A stretch of 64,000 nt of DNA from Cyanobacteria bacterium P01_A01_bin.123 (GCA_039815185.1 JBCBZT010000004.1:96001-160000); one strand, 5' to 3'. Positions 50,444 to 60,954 are shown, counted from the first letter of the stretch. Program-made: numbers and translations. The notes: generated by a model from the letters alone, not told the origin.

Positions 50444-50872
50444 ATGACCCAGGCAACTCATGGCAACACCGTAAAAATCCATTACACGGGACGCCTAGAA
50501 GACGGCACTGTCTTTGATTCTTCTGTCGATCGAGATCCCTTAGAATTTACTATCGGCGGTGGTGGAATTATTCCGGGCTTTGAAGAAGCCGTGATGGGCA
50601 TGGCCCCAGGAGAATCTAAAACGACCACCATCGCGCCAGAATCTGCCTACGGCCCTTATCGTCCAGAAATGGTGCTCAAGGTTGAGCGAGAGCAAATTCC
50701 AGAGGATATCCCGCTGTCTGTAGGTCAGCAAATGCAAATCCGCCAACCTGATGGTAGTGCTGTCCCTGTGATTGTCACTGAAATGAACGAAGGCGACGTG
50801 ACCCTGGACGGGAATCACCCTTTAGCTGGGGAAAATCTAGTGTTTGATATCGAATTAGTCGAAATCAACTAA
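50444..50872 (+). CDS. FKBP-type peptidyl-prolyl isomerase (SlyD-like, no His tail)
   Basis: VKIHYTG, FDSS, IIPGFEEA, AYG and DGNHPLAG motifs. Confidence 0.93.
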   Translation: MTQATHGNTVKIHYTGRLEDGTVFDSSVDRDPLEFTIGGGGIIPGFEEAVMGMAPGESKTTTIAPESAYGPYRPEMVLKVEREQIPEDIPLSVGQQMQIRQPDGSAVPVIVTEMNEGDVTLDGNHPLAGENLVFDIELVEIN

Positions 50873-52524
50873 GGCAGCAAACTTAACTGCTGCACCGGAT
50901 TGTTAGGTTGAGATTTAGCTTGCTTGCGCCGCCTATGCAGCTTAGGCGGCGTAATGTCGACATGGGCTACAAACCAGGTTCGTAAGGTGTTAGCCTGGGT
51001 TTGATCTAGCTCAGTCAAATCTAGACAAGTTGGAAACAGAGGGGTGTCAGAGCGTTTGGCCCAGGCAACTTCGCTATGGTGATAGTCAGCCCCAAAAGGC
51101 GTAATGTCATTAGGGAGTGCGGTGACGTAGGGTACGATGTTGTCAGCCTTGAGAAACCGTTGGCGTTGAAGTTCAAGCTGCTTGACTCGATGCTGGCGGG
51201 CTTGACGGTAGTCCAAAATAGGGGAAGGATAGCCTTTCACTTTAGGCGGTTGCCCCAACTGCTCCGGTGGTAGGTGGGCAAGTTCAGGTACCCAGTGTTT
51301 GATAAAGGCCCCTTCTGGATCACAGCGGTCTACAGCAACCTGGCCTGGATTGTAAATTCGTGTCCAGGTTTTATCGACGCAGTGGGTTACCCCAGCCTGC
51401 ATGGCCCACTGGTAGTGATCAATCGGACAGTCCCCGTCAATCAAATGACGCATAAAGTGCAGAGCACCCCAGCGCCAGTCCATCCCTAGTAGGTTGCTTA
51501 AGAAACTTGAATAAATGGCTCGACTGCGGAAATTGAGCGCTAGCCAACCGCCTGTGGACTGGAGACAGCGCGCTGCCGCATCCACAATTGGAAAACCTGT
51601 ATGGCCTGTTTGCCAAGCTTCATATAAGGCTTTGTCGAAGGGCCAACCATCTTGGTCAAAGATGGCATAGAGCGATCGCAGTTCCAGCTGAGGCAAATAG
51701 CGAAATCGCTGGGTAAATCCGCACCCCCAACGCAAGCGGGCAATCAGCTGATGGTGACTACGCTGGATACGATTGTCTCCTTGGTCGGGAGTTTGCTGGA
51801 TGGTTTGCACACATTCCCGAATGGAAATTGCACCAAATTTAATGTGGGGACTAAGCCCAGTAGTCGCTTCAGCACTGGGATAAGAGAGCTGCCAATAGTA
51901 GCGATCGCTCTTGGCACTCAAAAACGTCTTCAAGAGCTGTCGAGCAGCATCAGTCCCCCCTTTCGGAATTGTTTTACCGTCAGGGTTATGGCTGAGATCG
52001 CTTAGGCACGGCAGAGATAAACTGGTCACATCGGCTGGTACGCGAACACGGGTCGGCGTCGGCACCATCGGTTCAGCCATGTGGGCGTACCAGGTTTCTC
52101 GATACTGGGGATAGGGTACTAAATCCACCAGACTGGCAGGTGGGTCAAACCAGCGAATCTTCATACCTTGAACAGCTAAGGCCTGATTCAACCGGGCGTC
52201 GCGTACTCGACCGTAGATTCGCTCACAGTCTGTGTGGGCGTAAATACCTTCAGCTTGGGTTTCACGTACTAATTGAGGTAGCACCTCAACCGGATCACCG
52301 GCGCGGAAAATGAGTCTTCCGCCGCGATCGCGTAGATCAGCATCCAGGGAAGCTAAACAGTCGAGCATAAAGGCGACTCTGGCTGATCCCGTTTCAGGGT
52401 GGTGCAGCAGGGCGCGATCGAAGACAAATACCGGAATGACTTCACCTCGCCGCGCCGCCCGATAAATCGGGTCGTGATCAACAATGCGCAAATCCCGTCG
52501 AAACCAAACAACGGTGCGGTTCAT
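50869..52524 (-). CDS. Cryptochrome/photolyase family protein
   Basis: VWFRRDLR..D, TGLSPHIKFG, TGFPIVDA, RIYNP and DPEG.FIK.WVPEL motifs. Confidence 0.9.
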   Translation of the reverse strand: MNRTVVWFRRDLRIVDHDPIYRAARRGEVIPVFVFDRALLHHPETGSARVAFMLDCLASLDADLRDRGGRLIFRAGDPVEVLPQLVRETQAEGIYAHTDCERIYGRVRDARLNQALAVQGMKIRWFDPPASLVDLVPYPQYRETWYAHMAEPMVPTPTRVRVPADVTSLSLPCLSDLSHNPDGKTIPKGGTDAARQLLKTFLSAKSDRYYWQLSYPSAEATTGLSPHIKFGAISIRECVQTIQQTPDQGDNRIQRSHHQLIARLRWGCGFTQRFRYLPQLELRSLYAIFDQDGWPFDKALYEAWQTGHTGFPIVDAAARCLQSTGGWLALNFRSRAIYSSFLSNLLGMDWRWGALHFMRHLIDGDCPIDHYQWAMQAGVTHCVDKTWTRIYNPGQVAVDRCDPEGAFIKHWVPELAHLPPEQLGQPPKVKGYPSPILDYRQARQHRVKQLELQRQRFLKADNIVPYVTALPNDITPFGADYHHSEVAWAKRSDTPLFPTCLDLTELDQTQANTLRTWFVAHVDITPPKLHRRRKQAKSQPNNPVQQLSLLP

Positions 52525-52787
52525 AGCTGCTCTAAGGGGGACTTGGGGGACTCTCGACTAACAACACCTTAGCAAAAGTTAATGGTTCTCAGGAACAATG
52601 GGTAGTCAGATAAATACATTTGTACTACTATTGGGTCATGGCCACGGAATGGCTCTAAAGCTCCGGTGTTTGAGGGGTGGTATTGCTGGACTGTCGCGTT
52701 GGTCCAGGGTCATCAGTACTGTCCCTTCTTCCTTTCCAGTTATGCGTGGTAGCAGGTTCGGCTTCAGATCAATGGAGGATGTCAGCC

Positions 52788-53561
52788 ATGACTCAGCAAT
52801 ATGCCAATCAATACTCAACTCATTACCCGCGATCTGGTCATCCGCCGAGCCCCCCAGCCCAGCCAGGTGATGATTGGCAGCAGGGAGCCCAGCATTATCA
52901 GGCCCAGTCGGTCTTAGCGCCAGATCAACAGGCAGCCCAATATTCGAATCACTATCTAAGGCACCCGGCTAGTCCGCCCATGCCATCTCAGCCTCAGGCA
53001 TCTGCGTTTTATCCGCCTCAAAGGCAACAACCAACCTCCTATTCAAAGTCGGCGACTTACGCCAGTCAACCTACTGCCGCAGCTCATTATCCCCCTTCCG
53101 CTACTTTCCCCACTGTTCAACCGGGCGCAATGAATCAGGGAGGCTATGGCGAACCAATGCCGCTTCGGCGTCCAGGGGGTAAGCCTAAAACGGCCAGCTA
53201 TTTCTTGGCTGGGGGTTCGATTTCGATGCTGGCCATGATGGCGCTATTGGTTTTTCCGGGTAAGCAGCAGGCCACTGTTGAGACTGGACCGGCAATGTGC
53301 CAAGAAGTGGTAAAAGAAGACGCCCGTCTGTCTCGCAGTGCTCTCAGTCAGGTACTAGCGGTCGCTGAGCGATCGCCTAAAGAAAAAATCAATGAAATCC
53401 TAGCGGAACCCTATTGCATATTAGAGCCCCTCGCCGTGAGAGAGGGGGCTAATGCCCGACGGGAAGCCTATCCGTTGGAGTTTGATATCGATACCTGGTT
53501 TGTCGTGCTGTACGAAGAGGGTGAATACGCGGGCTATGACTTTAGCTTCCGCGGTCAGTAG
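52788..53561 (+). CDS. Hypothetical single-pass membrane protein
   Basis: GGAGG RBS before ATG 52788; Pro/Gln-rich N-terminus, one TM, compact C-terminal domain with two Cys. Confidence 0.7.
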   Translation: MTQQYANQYSTHYPRSGHPPSPPAQPGDDWQQGAQHYQAQSVLAPDQQAAQYSNHYLRHPASPPMPSQPQASAFYPPQRQQPTSYSKSATYASQPTAAAHYPPSATFPTVQPGAMNQGGYGEPMPLRRPGGKPKTASYFLAGGSISMLAMMALLVFPGKQQATVETGPAMCQEVVKEDARLSRSALSQVLAVAERSPKEKINEILAEPYCILEPLAVREGANARREAYPLEFDIDTWFVVLYEEGEYAGYDFSFRGQ

Positions 53562-53622
53562 GGTGTCGCTTGTCAAATCTTGATGGGTGTTTTGAGTGAT
53601 TGGAACGATTGAGGGGTGAGGG

Positions 53623-54099
53623 GTGAGGGGTAAATCCAAGCAAGGGCAAAGTTGGCTAGGTGGTGTTCTAGGTAGCCTAGTGTTGGTGGCTTTGGCAGGA
53701 TGTGGTGGTGGCAATGCCGTCGCAACCCGTACGATTCCGATTCATCAAAACTGGGCACTCCAACCGGGTAGTGAGATTGCTGGCTATCGCGTCATCGGTA
53801 GCTTAGGCGATGTGTCGATTGAGTTAGACGGATATCCGGTGCGGGCTCCCTTTGATGGTCGAGTGGAACCGTTGGATGGGGGAGGGGGATGCGTGGTGTT
53901 TTCAACCCCTGAAGTTCCGGCCTACTTGTTTCGTTTGTGTGGCTTGGCGAATCCAGCTTTGGGGGATTTGCGACGCGGCGACAAAATTGGTAAGGGGCAA
54001 AGCCTGCAGTTTGCCGCTATGCGAAAGCAACCTGATGGTACCTGGGCAATTGTGGAACCTGCCTTAGACATTTTGGAACGGACGGTGAAGCAGCCATGA
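53623..54099 (+). CDS. Hypothetical lipoprotein with degenerate M23/hybrid-motif fold
   Basis: Lipobox LAGC; PVRAPFDGRV and RRGDKIG resemble the LytM/M23 fold but the Zn ligands are missing. Confidence 0.65.
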   Translation: MRGKSKQGQSWLGGVLGSLVLVALAGCGGGNAVATRTIPIHQNWALQPGSEIAGYRVIGSLGDVSIELDGYPVRAPFDGRVEPLDGGGGCVVFSTPEVPAYLFRLCGLANPALGDLRRGDKIGKGQSLQFAAMRKQPDGTWAIVEPALDILERTVKQP

Positions 54100-55169
54100 C
54101 CCATTTGCGCACGCTATCTCATTCTCGCGGAGTATTTGGCTTGTTGTCGGCAGCGGTGGGTATCTTTGCGACTCAATCCCAAGCGATCGCAGCTGGAGAG
54201 TTTGCCCTAGACTTTGATCATCCCACGCTGGCGGATGTGGATGTGGCGGTTGCTGAGCAACCCTTAGCTGCGGACGATGCAGCTAACCCGTCCCCCCCAT
54301 TGCTATCTGTCCCGGCGTTACCCTCATTTGTCCCGCTGATAGCGGCAGAATCATCAACTCAACGGCTACCCCCACCGCCACCAACGCTGACACCCCGCGC
54401 CATTACTCAGTCCCCATCGTCTCCAACTTTGAATTCAACATCCAACGAACCTGAACAACCGCCTCAATCCCCTCGTTTAGAAGATTTATTTGTAGGGGGG
54501 TCAGATTCCTTGGTGGCTAAAGCTGTGGGCAATGCTGAGGGCACTCGCACTGATGCCGGGGGGTACACTGCTGCCTACTATGGTCACGTAGATCCTGGCA
54601 ATCGTGCTTGGAACCTCGGCAGCTTTTCTTACCAGCATGGTGCGAATACACCAGAAGAAGCTGATGCCAAACAGCTCCAGCGACTCCAAGGCCAAGTTCA
54701 AACCCTGCAGTCTCAAGCTGTCAAAAAATCCCTGGCGCTAACCTTAGCTCAAACCCTCAACGGTATTGACTTAGCGAATCAAGCCCCGGCAACTGCGTTG
54801 GGCCGGGGGGGCTATATTGATCGCTTAGCGCAAGCTCACAACCTTGGCCTCAGAGGCGATGAGGCAGTGCTGTGGGCTCGAACGCGATCCTTTCTCAATC
54901 CCGATACCCAGCGTTGGAATGCGCCCGGTTTGGGCAACACGATTGAACAGATTACCCAAGACCAATCGCGCCGACAGCAGGCTATTCAAACTGCGATCGC
55001 AGCTACTCAACTTTCCCCTGCGGCTGTCATCCAAGTTGCACAGAAACCTGCAAATCCCAAGGATCCGGCTGTGGTTGATGCAGTTGTGACGCCACCCGAT
55101 GAAACTGAAATTGCGATTCAGGAGGCTTTGGCAGACGATTTGATTTCTTTGGACTTACCGCCGATTTAG
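54096..55169 (+). CDS. Hypothetical secreted protein, possible lysozyme-like domain
   Basis: Signal peptide, Pro-rich linker, AVGNAEGTRT...YYGHVDPGN; ATGA overlap with the upstream gene. Confidence 0.65.
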   Translation: MTHLRTLSHSRGVFGLLSAAVGIFATQSQAIAAGEFALDFDHPTLADVDVAVAEQPLAADDAANPSPPLLSVPALPSFVPLIAAESSTQRLPPPPPTLTPRAITQSPSSPTLNSTSNEPEQPPQSPRLEDLFVGGSDSLVAKAVGNAEGTRTDAGGYTAAYYGHVDPGNRAWNLGSFSYQHGANTPEEADAKQLQRLQGQVQTLQSQAVKKSLALTLAQTLNGIDLANQAPATALGRGGYIDRLAQAHNLGLRGDEAVLWARTRSFLNPDTQRWNAPGLGNTIEQITQDQSRRQQAIQTAIAATQLSPAAVIQVAQKPANPKDPAVVDAVVTPPDETEIAIQEALADDLISLDLPPI

Positions 55170-55251
55170 GGATCTCCAGAAGGGATCAATCTTTATCGTA
55201 GATCGGTGTCAAAGCACAAGACCCAATGCGCCAACTTGAAACCTCTAGCTC

Positions 55252-55638
55252 TTACCCCTGTCCTTCTAGTGGTATGTCATTGAGCTTCATATAGCTGAGT
55301 AGCCAGTTGGTCATCGTGGCCCGTCGCGTCAACCTAGGGATCAGCTGATCAACGCTGTAGCCCTGGAAGCTCAACTGCTCCTTCAAAAGCTGCTTGTTCT
55401 CTTTGGGAATGGAGCGTGTCAACTGCACCGTTGCTGGACGACTATCAATAAAATCAGGCGGTTCCGGATATTTTTCAACCCAGGCCGGATCGACAGCTTG
55501 GGTATCCCACTGTTGAGCCGCTTCGTCAAAGCGATAGCCTAAATAGTGCCAAACCAATTGGTTGACCGTCTCATCAGGCAATTCTTCATTCAGGATGGCC
55601 CAGAGGGTGTTGTGGTTGAGGGGAGGGTGAGCGGACAT
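55252..55638 (-). CDS. DUF1823 family protein
   Basis: VNQLVWHYLGYR, PPDFIDSRP, LTRSIPKENKQLLKE and TRRAT motifs. Confidence 0.85.
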   Translation of the reverse strand: MSAHPPLNHNTLWAILNEELPDETVNQLVWHYLGYRFDEAAQQWDTQAVDPAWVEKYPEPPDFIDSRPATVQLTRSIPKENKQLLKEQLSFQGYSVDQLIPRLTRRATMTNWLLSYMKLNDIPLEGQG

Positions 55639-55724
55639 AGGGGAAAATTGATGGATGTTTAAGGTTGGGACTTTGATGGGGTGATGGCGAGGTGGGGTGA
55701 TGGGGAGGGTGGGGTACCTTACCC

Positions 55725-57446
55725 TCAAATCTCTCCTGCCGACCCTAGCACCTCACAGCGGATCGGCTGCTGCTGCATCAGAAGGCCATACTCCAAGCCT
55801 TCCACGACGGCCTGATAGGAGGCATCAATAATATTGGGGGAGACGCCGACGGTGGTCCAGCGTTGATAGCCATCGCTGGATTCAATCAAGACTCGGGTTT
55901 TGGCTGAAGTGCCGGCTTTGCCATCAAGGATGCGAACCTTATAGTCGGTAAGTTGGCAATGGGCGATCGCAGGGTAGAAATTCATTAGGGCTTTGCGTAG
56001 GGCTTTGTCCAAGGCTGAGACAGGGCCGTTGCCCTCGGCGGCTTCGAGAATTTCTTCGCCATTGACCCGTACTTTAACTGTGGCGAGGGCATGGTTACGC
56101 CAGCGATCGCCGTCGGGGACTTGCTCACAATGCACCTGGAAACCAGGGCGCTCAAAAAACTGGGGGCGTTGATTCATCGCTTCGCGCATCAGCAGCTCAA
56201 AGCTGGCTTCTGCGGCTTCAAACTGATAGCCTTCATGCTCCAGGGCTTTAAGCCGTAGAAGTAATTGACGGCAGGTGGGGTCTGTTTTTTCGAGATGAAG
56301 GCCAAAGCTTTTGGCCTTGGCGATTACGTTGCTCAACCCAGCCTGGTCAGAAATTACGATGCGGCGGTGGTTACCGACTTGTTCGGGGTTGATATGCTCG
56401 TAGGTCAGGGGGTTGCGCTCGACGGCACTGACGTGGATACCGCCCTTGTGGGCAAAGGCGGACAGACCCACAAAGGGCGCGTGATCGTCGGGGGCGAGGT
56501 TGACCACTTCACTGATGAATCGACTGGTTTCAGACAGGGTCGCCAATTGATCTGGGGCGATGCAGTCGTAACCGAGTTTAAGCTGTAGGTTCGGCAGTAG
56601 GGAACACAGGTTGGCATTGCCGCACCGTTCGCCATAGCCGTTGATCGTGCCCTGTACCATAGTAGCTCCAGCCCTTACTGCGGCTAGGGCATTGGCCACG
56701 GCAGTGCCCGAATCATTGTGAGTGTGGATACCTAATTGGGGAAACGGGGCACGATGGCCAAAGGTCTGTCTCTGACTATTGCCAAAGGTCTCGACTAGCC
56801 ACCGTTGCACTTTGCCCGTAATCTCAGAGACTTCGTGGGGCAGGGTGCCACCATTTGTGTCACATAGCACTAACCACTCGGCCCCTGCATTGACCGCCAC
56901 CGCTAGCGTCTGCAGCGCATAATCAGCATTTTGCTTGAAGCCGTCAAACCAGTGTTCGGCATCGTAAATAATCCGACGGTCTTGGCTACGCAGAAAGGCA
57001 ATGGTGTCGGCAATCATCGCCAGATTTTCGTCCAAAGTGGTCTTCAACCCTTCTACGACGTGCAGATCCCAGGATTTGCCAAACAGTGTCACCCAGCGAG
57101 TCCCCGCTGACAAAATCGGTTGCAGCATGGGGTCGGTTGCTGCCGACTGTCCGGGACGGCGGGTCGAGCAAAACGCCACAACTTCGGCCTGGGTCAAGGG
57201 CGTTTCCTTCAGCTGCCAAAAAAACTTGACGTCCTTAGGATTTGCCCCAGGCCATCCCCCTTCAATAAACGGTACCCCTAAGCGATCGAGCTGGCGGGCA
57301 ATTCTCAACTTGTCTTCAGTCGATAGGGACAACCCTTCTCGCTGGGCACCATCGCGAAGAGTCGTGTCGTAAATCCAAAGTCGAGGGTTGGCAGACGGAT
57401 CAAACTGTGACTTTTGCATGGGGTCAGGGGAAGGCATAGGGAACAA
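55725..57446 (-). CDS. cimA: Citramalate synthase
   Basis: YDTTLRDGAQ, FGKSWDLHV, HTHND, AFAHKGG and LeuA-type regulatory domain; start may lie a few codons downstream. Confidence 0.93.
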   Translation of the reverse strand: MFPMPSPDPMQKSQFDPSANPRLWIYDTTLRDGAQREGLSLSTEDKLRIARQLDRLGVPFIEGGWPGANPKDVKFFWQLKETPLTQAEVVAFCSTRRPGQSAATDPMLQPILSAGTRWVTLFGKSWDLHVVEGLKTTLDENLAMIADTIAFLRSQDRRIIYDAEHWFDGFKQNADYALQTLAVAVNAGAEWLVLCDTNGGTLPHEVSEITGKVQRWLVETFGNSQRQTFGHRAPFPQLGIHTHNDSGTAVANALAAVRAGATMVQGTINGYGERCGNANLCSLLPNLQLKLGYDCIAPDQLATLSETSRFISEVVNLAPDDHAPFVGLSAFAHKGGIHVSAVERNPLTYEHINPEQVGNHRRIVISDQAGLSNVIAKAKSFGLHLEKTDPTCRQLLLRLKALEHEGYQFEAAEASFELLMREAMNQRPQFFERPGFQVHCEQVPDGDRWRNHALATVKVRVNGEEILEAAEGNGPVSALDKALRKALMNFYPAIAHCQLTDYKVRILDGKAGTSAKTRVLIESSDGYQRWTTVGVSPNIIDASYQAVVEGLEYGLLMQQQPIRCEVLGSAGEI

Positions 57447-57615
57447 AGCATCTCGTCTTATTTATTAAGGCAAGCCCGGGTAGTCAGTACTGGTCAGAGC
57501 CGACATGGGTCTGAGCTGGGAGGATAAACCTGAGGTTAGCAATTCACACAACGCAACCGAAAGAAACCCCTTAAGCTATGACCAGTTCATGCTGTCATCT
57601 ACTTTAGAATCTGCC

Positions 57616-57966
57616 ATGCCCAAAATTATCGCCCAAGGAAAAACCATTGAGTGTGAATCTGGGGCTAACCTGCGTCAGGTCTTGCTGAAGCATGGCATTG
57701 ATTTGTACAACTCAAACGCCAAAATGATTAACTGTCGCGGCATCGGCTCTTGTGGAACCTGTGCGGTAGCCATTGAGGCAGCTGTACCTGAGGCAGCTAC
57801 TCAGAGTGTTTCTGAAGCAAATTGGCGCGATCGCACCCGGCGATCTTTACCCCCCCATAATCCAGACCGCAACCTTAGATTAGCTTGTCAAACCCGTGTG
57901 TTTGGAGATATTAACGTCACAAAATTTGACGGTTTTTGGGGTCAGGGTGGCCAGCAAGTCTGGTGA
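57616..57966 (+). CDS. 2Fe-2S ferredoxin-like protein
   Basis: NCRGIGSCGTCAV...RLACQ. Confidence 0.9.
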   Translation: MPKIIAQGKTIECESGANLRQVLLKHGIDLYNSNAKMINCRGIGSCGTCAVAIEAAVPEAATQSVSEANWRDRTRRSLPPHNPDRNLRLACQTRVFGDINVTKFDGFWGQGGQQVW

Positions 57967-58127
57967 TGCTCTCGGAGTCACCAGACCCCCTGTCCGATTT
58001 GAAAATTTGAGGATTAGCCTCAGGAAAAACGCTGGATTTCGATTTGAACAGCGTTTAATTTCAATAAATGTGTCCCGAAACGCTTGAGCTGAGCGAAGAT
58101 AGAGAAGGGAATTGGGGAGAATATGGC

Positions 58128-58508
58128 ATGAATCGATACGTTTTAGGCGCTGTGCTTGCAGTTTTGGCCTATGTCGGTGCAAGTTCGGGGCAACAATTTG
58201 TCTCTCAACTGATGGACAACTCTGATACCAACGCACAACTATCAGATGGTGTCAGTAATGAAGCACTGACGCCTGTACAGCGGTTGGGACAAAATGCTCA
58301 GCGTGAAAGTGACGAACCGCCTGTCGTGAGTTCGGAGAATTTCGGCGCACCTGTAGAAGAAGCTCCGCAAACTTCACCCGTGCCGAATCCGACTGCGGTC
58401 AGCCCAGATACCACGGGTGGTAGCATCGGCGATTTCCCCCCGGCTCAATCCCAGACTGTTGACCCGACAACGGTCCCTGTAGACAATTCAATTCCCGCCC
58501 TTTGGTAG
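58128..58508 (+). CDS. Hypothetical secreted low-complexity protein ending IPALW
   Basis: N-terminal hydrophobic signal and Pro/Thr/Ser-rich body. Confidence 0.6.
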   Translation: MNRYVLGAVLAVLAYVGASSGQQFVSQLMDNSDTNAQLSDGVSNEALTPVQRLGQNAQRESDEPPVVSSENFGAPVEEAPQTSPVPNPTAVSPDTTGGSIGDFPPAQSQTVDPTTVPVDNSIPALW

Positions 58509-58513
58509 AGAGT

Positions 58514-60568
58514 ATGACAGGGAGCCGTGATGTCCTGATCATTGGTGGTGGCATTATCGGACTCGCGATCGCAGTCGAACTGCAACAGCGGGGTGCCCAA
58601 GTCACTGTGCTAAGTCGAGATTTTGAACAAGCGGCTAGCCGCGCCGCTGCTGGTATGTTGGCACCCCAGGCAGAAGGGATTACGCCTGGGGAATTTCAAG
58701 CTTTGTGTTTGTGCAGCTTGGCGGAATATCCCACCTGGACTAGCAAGCTTGAAAACCTGACTGGAGAATCCACTGGATACTGGCCCTGCGGCGTGTTGGC
58801 CCCCTACTATACCCCTGAGAATTCCAGTCCTTCTCCCTCCCCAAATGGTTCCTTAGCTCATAGTGAACCTCTCGATCTGAGTCCTCCAACGGCTCATTCA
58901 ACCGTACGATACTGGTTCGATCGCACTGCCCTACAACACTATCAACCCGGCTTAGGAGAAGCAGTCACAGGGGCCTGGTGGTTTCCAGAAGAAGGTCAGG
59001 TGGACAATCGGGCTTTGTTCAAGGCGTTGCGCCTAGCGGCTCAAACCTTAGGCGTCGATTTGCAAGCAGGGATTACAGTCGATGCGCTACAACAGCGCGA
59101 TCGCCAGATCACCCACGTGCGTACTTCCGAAGGCGACTTTGAAGCAGGGCATTATGTATTGGCGGCGGGATCGTGGTCTAATGAACTACTACCTGTGCCT
59201 GTGGTACCGCGCAAAGGGCAAATGGCAGCGGTAAAACTGTCGCCGGGTGATTCCCGAGCCTCGTCCCTCCAACGTGTTCTATTTGGCCCAGATATTTATA
59301 TCGTGCCGCGCCAAGATGGGCGGATTCTAATCGGCGCAACGGTTGAAGATGTGGGGTTTACGCCCCACAACACGCCTGCTGGATTGCAACAGCTGTTTGA
59401 GCGCGCCGCACGCCTCTATCCAGATATCCAAACCCTACCCCTACATGAATGCTGGTGGGGGTTTCGTCCGGCGACGCCTGATCAGATGCCGATTTTGGGG
59501 CCGAGCCATTGCACAAATCTGACCTTGGCTACGGGCCATTATCGCAATGGCATTTTGCTAGCCCCGGTCACAGCGTCTGTCATTAGTCAGTGGATTGTCG
59601 ATTATCAAGCCGACCCTTTACTCGATGCCTTTTCGTGGGAGCGGTTTCAATCTCCGATCTCCCCCGTTTCTCAGTCTTTTTCTGCCGCTGTTGTTACCCC
59701 CCCATCCCCGTCTCCTGTTGTTCCTATGCAAGTCTTAGAATCGATCTCAACCCCTCAAACCCCCAGTGCCGCAGCTGATCAACCCCTCACCATTGCAGGC
59801 CGTAAATTTGAATCTCGCTTGATGACTGGATCGGGCAAGTACGACAATTTTGATGTCATGCGGCAGGCAGTTGCTGCTAGTGGCAGCCAAATTGTGACCG
59901 TTGCAGTGCGGCGGGTGCAAACCAATGCCCCAGGGCATGAAGGGCTAGCTGAAGCCCTTGACTGGACAAAAATTTGGATGTTGCCTAACACGGCGGGTTG
60001 CCAAACCGCAGACGATGCGGTGCGGGTGGCTCGGCTGGGCCGGGAAATGGCGAAACTGCTGGGTCAAGAAGACAACAACTTTATTAAGTTGGAGGTGATT
60101 CCCGACGCCAAGTATTTGCTACCGGATCCCATTGGTACGCTGCAAGCGGCGGAGCAGTTAGCGAAAGAAGGATTCGCGGTGCTCCCCTATATCAATGCTG
60201 ATCCGCTGTTGGCTAAGCGCCTAGAAGAGGTGGGTTGCGTCACGGTGATGCCGCTGGGGTCGCCGATTGGGTCAGGCCAGGGCATTCGTAACGCCGCTAA
60301 TATTCAAATTATCATCGAAAATGCCAAGGTGCCTGTGGTAGTTGATGCCGGTATCGGTAGCCCCAGCGAAGCTGCCCAGGCAATGGAGATGGGAGCGGAT
60401 GCATTGCTGATCAACACTGCGATCGCGAAAGCTAAAGATCCCATTGGCATGGGACGGGCCATGGGGCTAGCTGCAGAAGCGGGTAGGTTGGCCTATATGG
60501 CTGGCCGGATCCCGACGAAAGCCTACGCCAGCGCTAGCTCTCCCTTGACCGGCGTGATTAACAGCTAA
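58514..60568 (+). CDS. thiO-thiG: Fused glycine oxidase ThiO / thiazole synthase ThiG
   Basis: GGGIIG, AAAGML and GHYRNGILL (ThiO), then [22 protein letters not shown] and [10 protein letters not shown] (ThiG). Confidence 0.95.
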   Translation: MTGSRDVLIIGGGIIGLAIAVELQQRGAQVTVLSRDFEQAASRAAAGMLAPQAEGITPGEFQALCLCSLAEYPTWTSKLENLTGESTGYWPCGVLAPYYTPENSSPSPSPNGSLAHSEPLDLSPPTAHSTVRYWFDRTALQHYQPGLGEAVTGAWWFPEEGQVDNRALFKALRLAAQTLGVDLQAGITVDALQQRDRQITHVRTSEGDFEAGHYVLAAGSWSNELLPVPVVPRKGQMAAVKLSPGDSRASSLQRVLFGPDIYIVPRQDGRILIGATVEDVGFTPHNTPAGLQQLFERAARLYPDIQTLPLHECWWGFRPATPDQMPILGPSHCTNLTLATGHYRNGILLAPVTASVISQWIVDYQADPLLDAFSWERFQSPISPVSQSFSAAVVTPPSPSPVVPMQVLESISTPQTPSAAADQPLTIAGRKFESRLMTGSGKYDNFDVMRQAVAASGSQIVTVAVRRVQTNAPGHEGLAEALDWTKIWMLPNTAGCQTADDAVRVARLGREMAKLLGQEDNNFIKLEVIPDAKYLLPDPIGTLQAAEQLAKEGFAVLPYINADPLLAKRLEEVGCVTVMPLGSPIGSGQGIRNAANIQIIIENAKVPVVVDAGIGSPSEAAQAMEMGADALLINTAIAKAKDPIGMGRAMGLAAEAGRLAYMAGRIPTKAYASASSPLTGVINS

Positions 60569-60726
60569 GACAGCCTGCGTATGATCCCTGATTACAGGTC
60601 GCTTCATCTGTCTCTATCATTGGGCAGATATCTTTACAAAGATCAAAGGTTCGGTTACTTAGCGAAGTAGATGTCTTAATCTTTGTTAAGATTAGTCACA
60701 ATAGAGTTAGTAAAGGATTAATACAG

Positions 60727-60897
60727 ATGCCCTACACCACTGAAGATGGCGGTCGCCTTAACAACTTTGCGGTTGAGCCTAAGATGTATGAAGCTGAGCC
60801 GCCAACGGGTTCACAAAAGCGCAACTATGCCATCTTGGGGATTGCAGCTGTGCTGCTGATTGGTGGTTTGTTTGCCGTTGCGGCATCTGTTTCATAG
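60727..60897 (+). CDS. psb34: Photosystem II assembly factor Psb34 (Ssl1498 family), 56 aa; absent from the ORF track
   Basis: Manual translation MPYTTEDGGRLNNFAVEPKMYEAEPPTGSQKRNYAILGIAAVLLIGGLFAVAASVS*. Confidence 0.9.
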   Translation: MPYTTEDGGRLNNFAVEPKMYEAEPPTGSQKRNYAILGIAAVLLIGGLFAVAASVS

Positions 60898-60954
60898 GGG
60901 TAGCTAGCTAGGTTTTTAGCTGAGCCGGATAGCTTGATTGAATAGCTTTGCATT

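Noticed and set aside
58514..60568. ThiO-ThiG fusion
   Set aside because: Already known from several cyanobacteria.
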